This document shows, piece after piece, positions 32,098-42,097 of a stretch of 64,000 nucleotides of DNA. The first letter of the stretch is position 1. Each line of letters begins with the position of its first letter. The position numbers and the translations under genes are program-made. The notes below the pieces were generated by a model. The model was given only the letters and a program-made list of their open reading frames with translations, did not search any database and was not told where the DNA came from. The stretch spans positions 64,001 to 128,000 of the forward strand of contig CBDANS010000006.1 of NCBI GenBank assembly GCA_965197745.1, written 5' to 3'. This DNA comes from Opitutales bacterium (lineage in GTDB: Bacteria; Verrucomicrobiota; Verrucomicrobiia; Opitutales; PNEW01).

Positions 32098-32249
32098 CAT
32101 TAGGGGGGTGGATCATTTTAATTATCTCCGTAGGCACCGTTGTCTCACTCTTTACCTGGTGTATTTACAAAGTGTTTACTATCCCCGGAGAAACCGAACA
32201 TATGCATGGTTTCGAACAGGAAACACCGGACGAAAAAGAAGACGACTAA
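32094..32249 (+). CDS. 51-aa single-TM protein, probable NSS transporter small subunit
   Basis: ATGA overlap with the NSS stop, GGAGG shortly upstream; MTLGGWIILIISVG...TWCIYKV plus acidic tail. Confidence 0.75.
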   Translation: MTLGGWIILIISVGTVVSLFTWCIYKVFTIPGETEHMHGFEQETPDEKEDD

Positions 32250-32926
32250 TTATCAAAAATCCGGAAAAACGCCACGGCATCGGATAAATCTGTAAGCACG
32301 GCCGTCGGATTATGAGCGGCAAGATCCTCGACATTTGTCCACCCTGTTGCCACTCCAATAGTATTTGCCCTCAATGCCTTGCCGCACGCTATATCGTGTG
32401 AGGTATCACCGATGACAAATATCTGGTCGGATGGGAATGTGTAACGGCAAATATCATGGGCGCGCTCCAATGCTTTGGGTCCCAAATCATTTCGGTCGTA
32501 GCTCTCTTCTCCATAAGCGCCAAACTCAAAATAATGCCAGAGATTAAAGTGCTCCAGTTTTGCTTGCGCGTTTCGTTCAAAATTTCCGGTGAGCAATCCC
32601 TGAACCAGATCATCCCGCTGATGCGCAATTTCTAAAACTTCAGGAATCCCCGGGCATACCATCCCTTCGCCCTTCGGTAATTCAACAGGTAGTTGTTGAA
32701 AATAGAGTTCACTCAGTCCCTGCAAATTCTCTTTAGTATGCTCCAACTCGTATTTACTGAAAAATTGCCTGAGGATATTAAGATCCGTTCGCCCGCTAAA
32801 ATCTATATCGTCAAGAGACGCTTCGATTGAGAATATACTGTTTATAGCGTATTCCAAGGCCCGCCTGCTGGCCCCACCGGATTTTAGCAATGTTCCGTCT
32901 ATGTCCCAGAGCAGAAGTTTTTTCAT
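32246..32926 (-). CDS. HAD-family hydrolase
   Basis: WDIDGTL, LLTGN, VIGDT.HDI. Confidence 0.9.
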   Translation of the reverse strand: MKKLLLWDIDGTLLKSGGASRRALEYAINSIFSIEASLDDIDFSGRTDLNILRQFFSKYELEHTKENLQGLSELYFQQLPVELPKGEGMVCPGIPEVLEIAHQRDDLVQGLLTGNFERNAQAKLEHFNLWHYFEFGAYGEESYDRNDLGPKALERAHDICRYTFPSDQIFVIGDTSHDIACGKALRANTIGVATGWTNVEDLAAHNPTAVLTDLSDAVAFFRIFDN

Positions 32927-32930
32927 CCTC

Positions 32931-34247
32931 TTAATTCATCACCTCGACGATGGATCCTTCGACGAAATCTGCGCTGATTTTCTCGAGGCGCACGCGGGCC
33001 AGGCAATTCGTCAAGTCCACCGATGATTCGCTTACTACCCGGATATAATTACCGGTATAGCCCGGCCAGACACCCTGGCGTCGATCTTCGAAAAGGACCT
33101 CCATTGTTCTCCCTAAATACGACTCGTAAAAATCATGCCTTCGTTTCGCGCTTAGCCGACGCAGACTGGCACCCCGACGGTTACGCTCAGGGACAGGAAC
33201 AGTATCAGGTCGCCGCGTTGCCATTGTTCCCTCACGTTCCGAGTAGGGAAAAACGTGGCAATAGGCAAAAGGATTATCGAGGAACACTCGACAGGTTTCC
33301 TCAAACGCTTTCTCTCCTTCTCCTGGAAAACCAACGAGAATGTCAGTCCCCACACAGAGATCGGGAATGCGATTGGCGGCGTTATTAATAAATTTTATGA
33401 AATCCGAAACGGTATACTTACGACGCATCAACTTGAGAATAGAATCGGACCCGGATTGCAGGGGTATGTGTAAATAGGGCAGAAGAGAATGTTCGGGATC
33501 GGCCATACGTTCGAATAGCGCGGTGGGGACAGTCGTCGGTTCAATGCTGCTGATACGAATACGTAAGAGACCACCAATGGCATCGAGGTGATCGACAATC
33601 CTTACGATATCGAAATCCTGATTATCATAGGTGCCGATATTAACCCCGGTGAGGACCAGCTCCCGCACCCCGCGTTCGACCAGGTTGTGGGCTTCCTCCA
33701 TGAGATTGTTGAAGTCTCGGGATCGCGCCCTACCGCGCGCAAATGGAATGATACAGAACGAACACATGAAATCACATCCATCCTGTATTTTAAGATTGGC
33801 TCTTTTCTCGAATGGCTGGTCACCCACAAAACTTATAGAAAAATCATCCCTATCGATGCGGTCTCGGACAATGACCGGTCGTTCGTTTTTTCCATCGCCA
33901 ACGTAATCTAGGACACTCAATTTATCCTGGTTGCCGATGATTAGATCGACACCGGGTATTTCTGCTATGGCTTTGGCGCCCATCTGCGAATAACAACCCA
34001 CCACCGCGGTAAAAGCACGAGGGTTGGCACGAATAAACTGCCGGATTGCCTGTCTGCATTTCGCGTCTGCCTCGCGCGTTACGGTGCAGGTATTAATTAC
34101 GGCAAGGTCAGCAGTATCACCGAAAGACACATAGCGGTAGCCTGCCGCTTCCAGCTTCTCGCGAATGATCTGCGACTCCGACTGGTTAAGGCGGCACCCA
34201 AGAGTATGAACGGTCGCCCGCTTTTGTCTCGCTTTATTAGATACCAT
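32931..34247 (-). CDS. mtaB: tRNA t6A37 methylthiotransferase
   Basis: TLGCRLNQSES, NTCTVT, KIQDGCDFMCSFCIIP, LTGVNIG, SSIEP, HVFPYS.REGT. Confidence 0.92.
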   Translation of the reverse strand: MVSNKARQKRATVHTLGCRLNQSESQIIREKLEAAGYRYVSFGDTADLAVINTCTVTREADAKCRQAIRQFIRANPRAFTAVVGCYSQMGAKAIAEIPGVDLIIGNQDKLSVLDYVGDGKNERPVIVRDRIDRDDFSISFVGDQPFEKRANLKIQDGCDFMCSFCIIPFARGRARSRDFNNLMEEAHNLVERGVRELVLTGVNIGTYDNQDFDIVRIVDHLDAIGGLLRIRISSIEPTTVPTALFERMADPEHSLLPYLHIPLQSGSDSILKLMRRKYTVSDFIKFINNAANRIPDLCVGTDILVGFPGEGEKAFEETCRVFLDNPFAYCHVFPYSEREGTMATRRPDTVPVPERNRRGASLRRLSAKRRHDFYESYLGRTMEVLFEDRRQGVWPGYTGNYIRVVSESSVDLTNCLARVRLEKISADFVEGSIVEVMN

Positions 34248-34399
34248 TTGCTGCCAACAATTATGAGAATATTAAATAGAGGAAAATAAGCTAATTCTCT
34301 ATTTTTGAAAGATAATTTCTGGACACTTTAAATTATTACACTGCTCTTTTCGATAGACTTTCATAATTTATAATAGTAAATGGTCATCATTATATTATT

Positions 34400-35281
34400 A
34401 TGAGCTGGAATTTTGAACAAGTTGCGGGGCCTTTCAGTTTTACGGAAGGACCCGCCTGGGATGGGGAAGCGGTTTTGTTTTCTGAATGCCCGAAAAGTCG
34501 CGTCATGCGTTACTTTCCGGCCAGTGGTGAGTGCACAGAATTTCGCACCGAAACGAACGAAGCCAACGGACTTATGTTTGACAATGACGGGCAGCTTTAT
34601 GCCTGTGAGGGCGACCCGGAAGGTGAGATCCATCGCATGGTGCGCTATAATAAAGATGGGACAACGACGATCGTCGCCGATAATTTTGAAGGGAAAAAAT
34701 TAAACAGTCCCAACGACTTGGCTTTTGATAAAAAGGGGCGGCTATGGTTTACGGATCCCCGTTATGGTGATGTCATTGACAATATGGAACTCGACCACCA
34801 GTCCGTTTACCGTGTTGAACAATCGCCGGACGCCACCTGGAAACTTACACGTGTTACCTATGATACGACAAAGCCCAACGGTCTATTGATTTCACCAGAT
34901 CAAAGGCACCTGTATGTCGCGCAAAGCGAACACGGCGAAGGTAAGGAGAGGGAATTGCGTGATTATCCCATTAATGATGACGGCAGTGTTGATGAGTACA
35001 CTGTGCTTCACGACTTTTATCCGCATCGGGGCATCGATGGCATGTGTCTGGACACCGATGGAAACATTATCGCCACGGCCGGGTTTGAAGAGAGCGGACC
35101 GGGTCCAATGATTTATGTATTTGCTCCTGACGGGCAGGTATTGGAAACGCATCCTGTCCCCAAAGACAATCCCACTAACTGCACTTTTGGAGACGCGGAT
35201 CTGAAGACCCTTTACGTTACCGCCAGCGGCTGCCTCTTTCGCGCCCGGACGGAACGCACCGGGTATCTCATATACCCGTAA
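34400..35281 (+). CDS. SMP-30/gluconolactonase family protein
   Basis: FTEGPAW, ANGL, LNSPNDL, FTDP.YG, PNGL..SPD, DGM..D..GN, PTNCTFG. Confidence 0.92.
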   Translation: MSWNFEQVAGPFSFTEGPAWDGEAVLFSECPKSRVMRYFPASGECTEFRTETNEANGLMFDNDGQLYACEGDPEGEIHRMVRYNKDGTTTIVADNFEGKKLNSPNDLAFDKKGRLWFTDPRYGDVIDNMELDHQSVYRVEQSPDATWKLTRVTYDTTKPNGLLISPDQRHLYVAQSEHGEGKERELRDYPINDDGSVDEYTVLHDFYPHRGIDGMCLDTDGNIIATAGFEESGPGPMIYVFAPDGQVLETHPVPKDNPTNCTFGDADLKTLYVTASGCLFRARTERTGYLIYP

Positions 35282-35292
35282 ATAACCTGCCT

Positions 35293-36162
35293 TTAATGGG
35301 CATAGCGCTCACTGGCATCTCTATGCGCGGTCTTCATTTCCAGTTCGTATAAAAGCGCGAGCAGTTTTTCGCGATCATGTGTGAACTCCGATAATACACT
35401 ACTCTCCTGATCGTAATCCAAGGTCGTCATCTGTAGGTTACAGCGTAGATCATCTGCTTTTTCGTAAACCTGGTTCTGGAATCGCTGCGGATTTAATTTT
35501 CCACAGTTTTCAATCACTCTTTCCAGATTCCCGTAAGCATTGAGCCATTTTGCCGCTGTTTTCGGCCCGACTCCCTGGAGTCCCTGTATATTATCAGAAG
35601 TGTCACCGATAAGGGCAAGATAGTCGGGAATTTGATCGGGCCTTACTCCAAATTTTTTTTTCACGCCCTCGGCATCGAGGCGTCGCCAGCCCAGCTTCGG
35701 ATTCGCGGTGGGAGGAGGAAGCAGTTGTGTGACGCCGTCGGCAACACATTGTGCCAGGTCCTTATCCGCACTGACAATAAACACTTCATCACCATTCTTT
35801 GCCAGATCGCGAGCGTTCACCCCAATAAGGTCATCCGCTTCGACCCCTTTTTTCTCTACTCCACCGCAACCCATTGCCAGGGTTAACGCCTTGATATAGG
35901 GTATCTGCACACTAAGTGATTCCGGACATTCATCCCGGTGGGCCTTGTATTCGGGTTGCAGTGCCTCGCGTCGTTCGTCGCCACCGAGATCGAAAAATAC
36001 CACCATTTGATCAGGTCTTTCATCATCGATAAGTCGCCAGAGGGTACGCATCCATCCGTGAATCGCATTGGTCGGAAAACCATCTGATCGAATCAGATCC
36101 GGCATGCCATAAAATGAGCGAAATGCCAGGTTATAACCGTCAACAAGAAGCCATTTCGCCAT
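35293..36162 (-). CDS. Stand-alone 5'-3' exonuclease / flap endonuclease (Pol I N-terminal-like)
   Basis: LVDG.NL.FR, YKAHR, EADD, SADKD, GDTSDNI.G..GVGPKTA; stops after 289 aa with no polymerase domain. Confidence 0.9.
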   Translation of the reverse strand: MAKWLLVDGYNLAFRSFYGMPDLIRSDGFPTNAIHGWMRTLWRLIDDERPDQMVVFFDLGGDERREALQPEYKAHRDECPESLSVQIPYIKALTLAMGCGGVEKKGVEADDLIGVNARDLAKNGDEVFIVSADKDLAQCVADGVTQLLPPPTANPKLGWRRLDAEGVKKKFGVRPDQIPDYLALIGDTSDNIQGLQGVGPKTAAKWLNAYGNLERVIENCGKLNPQRFQNQVYEKADDLRCNLQMTTLDYDQESSVLSEFTHDREKLLALLYELEMKTAHRDASERYAH

Positions 36163-36313
36163 TTATGTCCTTACCTGAATTTTAAACGGATTAAACGTGA
36201 ATAAAACACTATTAATTTAAAAGTTCATATTTTCTGAATCCAGATGGGGATGGTGTTGCGTCAAATACTAAGTGTCAAAAATTAATTGTATTAACCCTCA
36301 ATGCACCACTCAA

Positions 36314-36748
36314 ATGTTAAAATATATAACAGTATTATTATTAGGACTCCTTGTTTTCAATCTATTAACAGGATTCCATAAAACAAGGGAAGAAAGAGCA
36401 AACAGAGCAATCGATGAAATTTCCACCAGGTTGGACCTCACTGAGAATCAAATTAGCCAGTTAACTCTCATCAACGACCAATTCACTAAGGTAAGGAAAG
36501 AATTGGAAAAAGAGCGACAATCATACAGGGAGGAATTTGTTGAGATGTTGGCCTCAGATGAATTTAATGGGGATAAACTCAATGCGCTTATTAAAGATAT
36601 GCAAAGACAAGTAGACGATATTGTGCCTCAGCTTCTCGAATCTGTTGCTGATCTGCATCGTAGCTTAGATCCTGAACAACGGAAAGCGCTTGTTCACGAA
36701 ATAGAAGAGCACGTACTCATACTCCAATCATGGAAAAGACAATCGTAG
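36314..36748 (+). CDS. Spy/CpxP-like periplasmic helical protein
   Basis: Signal-like N-terminus; LDLTENQ and L.PEQR motifs. Confidence 0.7.
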   Translation: MLKYITVLLLGLLVFNLLTGFHKTREERANRAIDEISTRLDLTENQISQLTLINDQFTKVRKELEKERQSYREEFVEMLASDEFNGDKLNALIKDMQRQVDDIVPQLLESVADLHRSLDPEQRKALVHEIEEHVLILQSWKRQS

Positions 36749-36962
36749 TTGCTTTTACCATTAGCTTCACCCCGTTTGATTTTATAATGCCGAGATGATA
36801 GTGAAAAATGGGACCGTTAATAGCCCTTGCTTAAAAGCGCAACGCGTACCCGATTTTTTGTAAAAACTGAATTAATTTGAGTTGATTAATCAGAAGCGAG
36901 CTATCAGGTTTTAATCTGAATCAAGTATAAGTTAACTGAGACAGGCAAAAAGGAGATTACTG

Positions 36963-37463
36963 ATGAACAGGTTTAATCTATTTCATTTTCTAAATACAGC
37001 CCTTATAGCGGCTTTATTAATCACGGGCTTGAACATTAAAAATGTAACATCCGCTGAGGAGGATACATGGCAAGATAAAATTTTTCAAAAACCAAAAAAT
37101 TGGATAGTGAGGGCCAACCTGCCAAGTATGGGTGAAATAAAAGAAGTAGAAGCTGAGATCACTTTATTTAAAGTAGATAGAGTATCCATTCCCCAAAATT
37201 TAACCTTCAGCAAATCGGGTAAAGATAAAATTGACAGTCATTCAATTTCTTTCAGGAAAATACAATATGTTGGAAAAATGTTATTGTCAGTTGAAATTAA
37301 AAAAGTCGACGTCCTCCAGCGAAATAAAAATGTTTCTTTCATCTTACTGAAAAAGAATAAAAAAACCGGCGGATATGATGAAATTCCCGGTGCCAAAGTC
37401 AGTTTTCATGATCCTAAAGAAGGCGATGTTGGCGAAACCGTATTTCAACATAAGAATCAATAA
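36963..37463 (+). CDS. Hypothetical secreted protein
   Basis: AGGAG RBS, signal peptide, Lys-rich; no family recognised. Confidence 0.65.
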   Translation: MNRFNLFHFLNTALIAALLITGLNIKNVTSAEEDTWQDKIFQKPKNWIVRANLPSMGEIKEVEAEITLFKVDRVSIPQNLTFSKSGKDKIDSHSISFRKIQYVGKMLLSVEIKKVDVLQRNKNVSFILLKKNKKTGGYDEIPGAKVSFHDPKEGDVGETVFQHKNQ

Positions 37464-37555
37464 AAGGTAGGGATTCTTTATTGCTTTATATTACTTTATG
37501 GCGCTTCATACGCGTGGAATAATTCACGCAGTCACGCTCATCGACGTTAATAGTC

Positions 37556-38296
37556 TCAGGGTTTTTGGCAGTCTACGATGATTGTTCTTCCTAATAAAAG
37601 ACGCGCGCTGTTCATCTCCATGACAAAGCGCTCGTTCAAATCATCAATGGTCTGATATTTTCTCCTTTCTTTTCGAAAGGCCAGAAAGCCAATAAATTTT
37701 ATGGGCAGCCATAATAATATGAACCCGATCATCGATGTAGTCTGCTTTTTATCAATCGATACATTAATTTTATCAAACCCCATCTCGCTTAGGGCATGAG
37801 CAAGATAAAAATATGAAACCGGGTTAATATGCCCTCTGGTACTATACTTCCTGCTATCGCGCACATGCAAGGGTCCAAATAAATTCCAAAACCCAAAATA
37901 GAAAAATCTTAACCGCGATTTAATATTCAGAATATTGGGTGTAGATAAAACCAGTAAACCTCCGGATTTTAGAACTCTAAAAATCTCTCTTAGCGTTTCA
38001 CGATAATGTTCAAGGTGCTCGATCACCTCCGTGCAGGTAATTAAATCGAAGAAATTATCTTCATAAGGAAGCGCCTGCTTGTTTAAATCTACGATATCAA
38101 CAGACTGCCCGGGTATATGGATTAATTCATCAGTGTAATCACAGGCATGGGATCTAACCGTAAATTCCGCGCAAACTTGAGTGATGAGTTCTCCATGGCC
38201 ACTTCCGATATCGAGATAGTTTCCGCTTAATGCCGGGTTGTACTCTTTAATTTTATTTACCGTTACCTTAAGCGTCTGTTGCAAGCTCAGTCCCAT
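37556..38296 (-). CDS. Class I SAM-dependent methyltransferase
   Basis: YLDIGSGHG, LPY.D..FD, EVIEHL, LKSGG.L..STPN. Confidence 0.9.
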   Translation of the reverse strand: MGLSLQQTLKVTVNKIKEYNPALSGNYLDIGSGHGELITQVCAEFTVRSHACDYTDELIHIPGQSVDIVDLNKQALPYEDNFFDLITCTEVIEHLEHYRETLREIFRVLKSGGLLVLSTPNILNIKSRLRFFYFGFWNLFGPLHVRDSRKYSTRGHINPVSYFYLAHALSEMGFDKINVSIDKKQTTSMIGFILLWLPIKFIGFLAFRKERRKYQTIDDLNERFVMEMNSARLLLGRTIIVDCQKP

Positions 38297-38303
38297 CGTT
38301 GTT

Positions 38304-38879
38304 TTATCTTTTATCGGTATAGCCCGAATTTACTCTTAAAAATATATTACTGAAACTCCGCATGACAGCGGTATCCCATTTTTGAGATATTAATTCCACG
38401 GGGGTGTTTTTCTTTTTAAATGCGATGATTACCGTTATCATAACAAAAATTGCGTAGGCAACCGAGTTCTGCCAGGCATGCAGATACCACTGTCCATCCC
38501 ACGTCCAATTCCATGCTTCACTGAAGGGGAGCAGGTAAGGTATCGGCCATTGATATTCGTCAGGGCCTCGACCGCCCAGCACGTCGCATAGCATGTGAAG
38601 ATGAAAAGTAAGTGTGACAAAGAGAAAGCTTATTATTTTCTTATCAGCGAATAGGAGCGTAATAATAAGGAAGACTATGTATGCGCCAAGATTGTGTCCG
38701 ACAATATGGTGAAACTTGCAGAAAATATCGGAGGACGGATCAAAATAATCGATGATATATCCCAGTCCGTCGAGATCGGGGGCCACCCCGCTCATCGTGA
38801 TCAAAAACCGATCGCGCGGAGAAAATTTTCCTGCATTAGCGCATGACCAACTTATCAAGAGATGTGTTCCCGGCGGCAC
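38304..38879 (-). CDS. YdjM-like membrane metal-dependent hydrolase (GTG start assumed)
   Basis: P.THLL..W, APDLDG, HH..GHN, HLH..CD. Confidence 0.8.
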   Translation of the reverse strand: MPPGTHLLISWSCANAGKFSPRDRFLITMSGVAPDLDGLGYIIDYFDPSSDIFCKFHHIVGHNLGAYIVFLIITLLFADKKIISFLFVTLTFHLHMLCDVLGGRGPDEYQWPIPYLLPFSEAWNWTWDGQWYLHAWQNSVAYAIFVMITVIIAFKKKNTPVELISQKWDTAVMRSFSNIFLRVNSGYTDKR

Positions 38880-39184
38880 GGTAGACAGGGTAAAATGATC
38901 AGGGGACAATTCACAACTAATTACTTTCAATTTGAAACCGGTCACGGGATATCGCGACACCGGGTGAAACACGAAAGAGGAAATCCTCCATACAGTGACC
39001 TGTAACTTTCTGGATGAGATTGAGTGTTATTAAACTATTTCGTAATAATTATGGGTTGGTCTGACTCCTCCTCATTTAGAGGTGACAAGCCTCGGATTTC
39101 TCAGCTTTCTCATAGACGAAATCAGCTAATTCTGATTATACTTAAAAATATTCTGGTACTAAAACCCATTAAAACGGGTAAATC

Positions 39185-40033
39185 ATGCTCACCGATCATC
39201 AACTCACCCACTTCAATACATTCGGTTTCGTTCGCCTTCCGGGACTTTTCAGTCAGGAAGAAATAAAAAATTTTAACGATGAATTTCAGTTAAAGTTAGA
39301 ATCTACACTGCGCTTCACTTCAGACCGGGACGAACCCGCTAAATTCAGCAGCTGGTCTAACCTGGGAGCTGAGACGCCCCATTTATCAAGGTTGGTTGAA
39401 GATCCGAGGCTTTTGAATATTGCCAGGCAATTACTGGGTGAAGATTGTGTCTTAAGGTGCTGCAATTCCGGCAGTTACGTCAATGAAACTCCCTGGCATC
39501 CCGATAGCAGCATGTTTCATGAGCACACCGTTAAGTTTCCCATCTACCTGCAATCCCTCGACGAAACCAACGGGGCTTTACGCCTTATCCCCGGTTCGCA
39601 TAAGAAAGCTTTCCATGATGTAGTAACCCGATTCGGTCCGGGGGGAATTGATAATGATGAAGCGCGTAAAATTGATGAAATGAAAGAGACCCCCGCTCAT
39701 GTCTGTAAAACAGAACCCGGTGATGTCTATGCCTTTGAATGTCATATATGGCACGCTTCATGGGGGGGCGGCATGGACCGTCGGATGATTTCACCCATTT
39801 ATAGCAAGAATCCTAAAACCCCTGAAGAAGAAGAAGCGGTCCGGGAGCAAGTGAAATTAAATTTCGCGGTGCGAGAAGACTTAGCTAAAAATACTTATGC
39901 TGAACGCCAGCCGGAATATCCCCTTGAATGGTTGGCAAATCCTGAAAATAATCCACTGCGTCAACGCTGGATCGACTGGCTTCACAAGTGGAAATACATC
40001 GAATCCTTCCAGGACACACCAGCGAAAAATTAA
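39185..40033 (+). CDS. PhyH-family dioxygenase
   Basis: FNTFGF, WHPD, GALRLIPGSH, PGDV..F...WHAS. Confidence 0.88.
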   Translation: MLTDHQLTHFNTFGFVRLPGLFSQEEIKNFNDEFQLKLESTLRFTSDRDEPAKFSSWSNLGAETPHLSRLVEDPRLLNIARQLLGEDCVLRCCNSGSYVNETPWHPDSSMFHEHTVKFPIYLQSLDETNGALRLIPGSHKKAFHDVVTRFGPGGIDNDEARKIDEMKETPAHVCKTEPGDVYAFECHIWHASWGGGMDRRMISPIYSKNPKTPEEEEAVREQVKLNFAVREDLAKNTYAERQPEYPLEWLANPENNPLRQRWIDWLHKWKYIESFQDTPAKN

Positions 40034-40108
40034 ATTGCTCTCTCTCATGTTTTCGGTAGCTCATGTTGCCTTTAGTAGGAGCATTATCGGTATTCACCGT
40101 TCCCCGTT

Positions 40109-42004
40109 ATGAAATTAATTTACGCTCTGCTCATTCTCTCTTGTCCTCTCGTTTTCAACCATGCGCAGGAGCCGATCGACATCGGTTCGCGTTTAGAGTT
40201 GTTTGTCGATGATTATATCATCGACACGTTGTCCGGTGAAGCCCGGATAATTTTACACCAGCCCACTCCAAGGGAAGTAGCTATCGTCCACGATGAACCC
40301 TGGGAAGGCAACGCCAGCCATTATCACAGTGTTTTTCAGGATGGCGATCGCTATCGTTTGTACTACCTGGGAAACCAGTATACCACCACCGAAGGAAAGC
40401 TCACCTCACCACACCCGCTAATCTATTGTTACGCCGAAAGTGATGACGGTATTCACTGGCGTAAACCCGATCTGGGCCTCATTGAATTTAACGGGTCAAA
40501 GAAAAACAATATTATGTGGGCTAACAATCAGCCCGACCGTGAAGTGCAACCCGGTACAGCGGTAATTTTATCCATCAACGCAAGCGGCGACGATCTCAAA
40601 TACCAATGGTATATAGGCAAACCTGGTGACACTGCAAACCCCATTGCAGGAGCAACCGGCAGTACTTTGACTACCGGCGCTCTCACTGTGAGTACAAACT
40701 TTTGGGTCATGATAACAACGAAAGCAGGAGTAAGTGTTAACAGTGATACTTCGATTATCACCGTTGCGGCCCCTTCCGATCTTCAGGACCATGAAGCTTT
40801 GGGCGATGGGACCGGAGAAGACAGTCAGCATCTTGACGGAGCCGTATTTGGTCCGATTTTACTCAATATTGTCGATGCAGGACATTCCGCAGTGTTTAAA
40901 GATACAAATCCAGAAGCTCCTTCGGACGCGCGTTACAAAGCGATCCGCGTATCCGGTGATTTCAAAGGATTAATGGCTTTCAAATCAGCTGACGGCATTC
41001 ATTGGACGGCTATGAGTGACAAAAAGATCATTACTAAGAGTGATCTCTCAAAATTTGACAGTCCAGGAGTAGGTACTTTTTTTGATTCGCAAAACCTGGC
41101 CTTTTGGGATTCTACCTATGGATTTTACCGTCTCTACTTTCGCTACTGGCCGGATGGCCGCCGCGACATTATGACGATGACCTCGAAAGACTTTTTGAAC
41201 TGGGTCGATCCGGTTCCTCTCGAATACCCTGGCGCGCGACCCGAGCATCTTTACACCAACCAGATTAAACCTTACTACCGGGCCCCTCATATTCTCATCG
41301 GCTTTCCTACACGCTATATCGACCGCGGGTGGACGGATTCTACACGTGCACTGCCGGAATTTTACAAGCGTCGTCAACGAGCCGGTCCTGTTGTCGATAT
41401 CGCTGAGGATGAGCTTGAACCACGTTTCGGCAGCTCAGTCACCGAATCACTGTTCATGGCCAGCCGGGACGGAAAGACTTTCAAACGATGGAATGAAGCG
41501 TTTCTGCGACCGGGCATCGAGCGAAAGCACAGTTGGGCTTATGGCAATCAGTACATTGCCTGGCATCTGGTTGAAACTAAGTCGAGATTTGAAGACGCCC
41601 CAAACGATTTGTCGCTCTACGCCACTGAAGGTTATTGGACTGGCACCAGCAGTCAGCTCCGCCGCTATACCTTGCGCCTCGATGGATTTGTTTCTGTCAG
41701 TGCCTCACTTAGCGGCGGTGAACTGCTCACCAAGCCTCTTGTATTCGATGGGGAAGAGATGGTCATAAACTTTTCGAGCTCGGCAGCCGGTGGCGTCCAG
41801 GTCGAAATCCAGGAGGTATCAGGCCAGCCGATAGAAGGGTTTACCCTGGCGGATTGTTCCCCTGTATTCGGCGACTCAATCGAGCGCAGGGTAAACTGGT
41901 CGGGTGCTTCCAGTCTTGCCGGGCTGGCAGGGGAACCCGTCCGGCTGCGCTTTGTCTGTAAAGACGCGGACCTCTATTCCTTTCGCTTTCGTTCCACCCC
42001 GTAA
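40109..42004 (+). CDS. Secreted five-bladed beta-propeller glycoside-hydrolase-like protein with inserted Ig-like segment
   Basis: Signal peptide; ELFVDD, PWEG, YAESDDGIHW.KP, SADGIHW, FDSQN.AFWD, LRLDGFVS; insert at 40523-40864. Confidence 0.8.
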   Translation: MKLIYALLILSCPLVFNHAQEPIDIGSRLELFVDDYIIDTLSGEARIILHQPTPREVAIVHDEPWEGNASHYHSVFQDGDRYRLYYLGNQYTTTEGKLTSPHPLIYCYAESDDGIHWRKPDLGLIEFNGSKKNNIMWANNQPDREVQPGTAVILSINASGDDLKYQWYIGKPGDTANPIAGATGSTLTTGALTVSTNFWVMITTKAGVSVNSDTSIITVAAPSDLQDHEALGDGTGEDSQHLDGAVFGPILLNIVDAGHSAVFKDTNPEAPSDARYKAIRVSGDFKGLMAFKSADGIHWTAMSDKKIITKSDLSKFDSPGVGTFFDSQNLAFWDSTYGFYRLYFRYWPDGRRDIMTMTSKDFLNWVDPVPLEYPGARPEHLYTNQIKPYYRAPHILIGFPTRYIDRGWTDSTRALPEFYKRRQRAGPVVDIAEDELEPRFGSSVTESLFMASRDGKTFKRWNEAFLRPGIERKHSWAYGNQYIAWHLVETKSRFEDAPNDLSLYATEGYWTGTSSQLRRYTLRLDGFVSVSASLSGGELLTKPLVFDGEEMVINFSSSAAGGVQVEIQEVSGQPIEGFTLADCSPVFGDSIERRVNWSGASSLAGLAGEPVRLRFVCKDADLYSFRFRSTP

Positions 42005-42097
42005 TTTAATAAGTATTCAGCTTGTAATAGCATTATCTGATACTTAGAAAACTGGCCGCCATTGTAAGTAAACCATATGACCAATCAAAGGGGTAAA

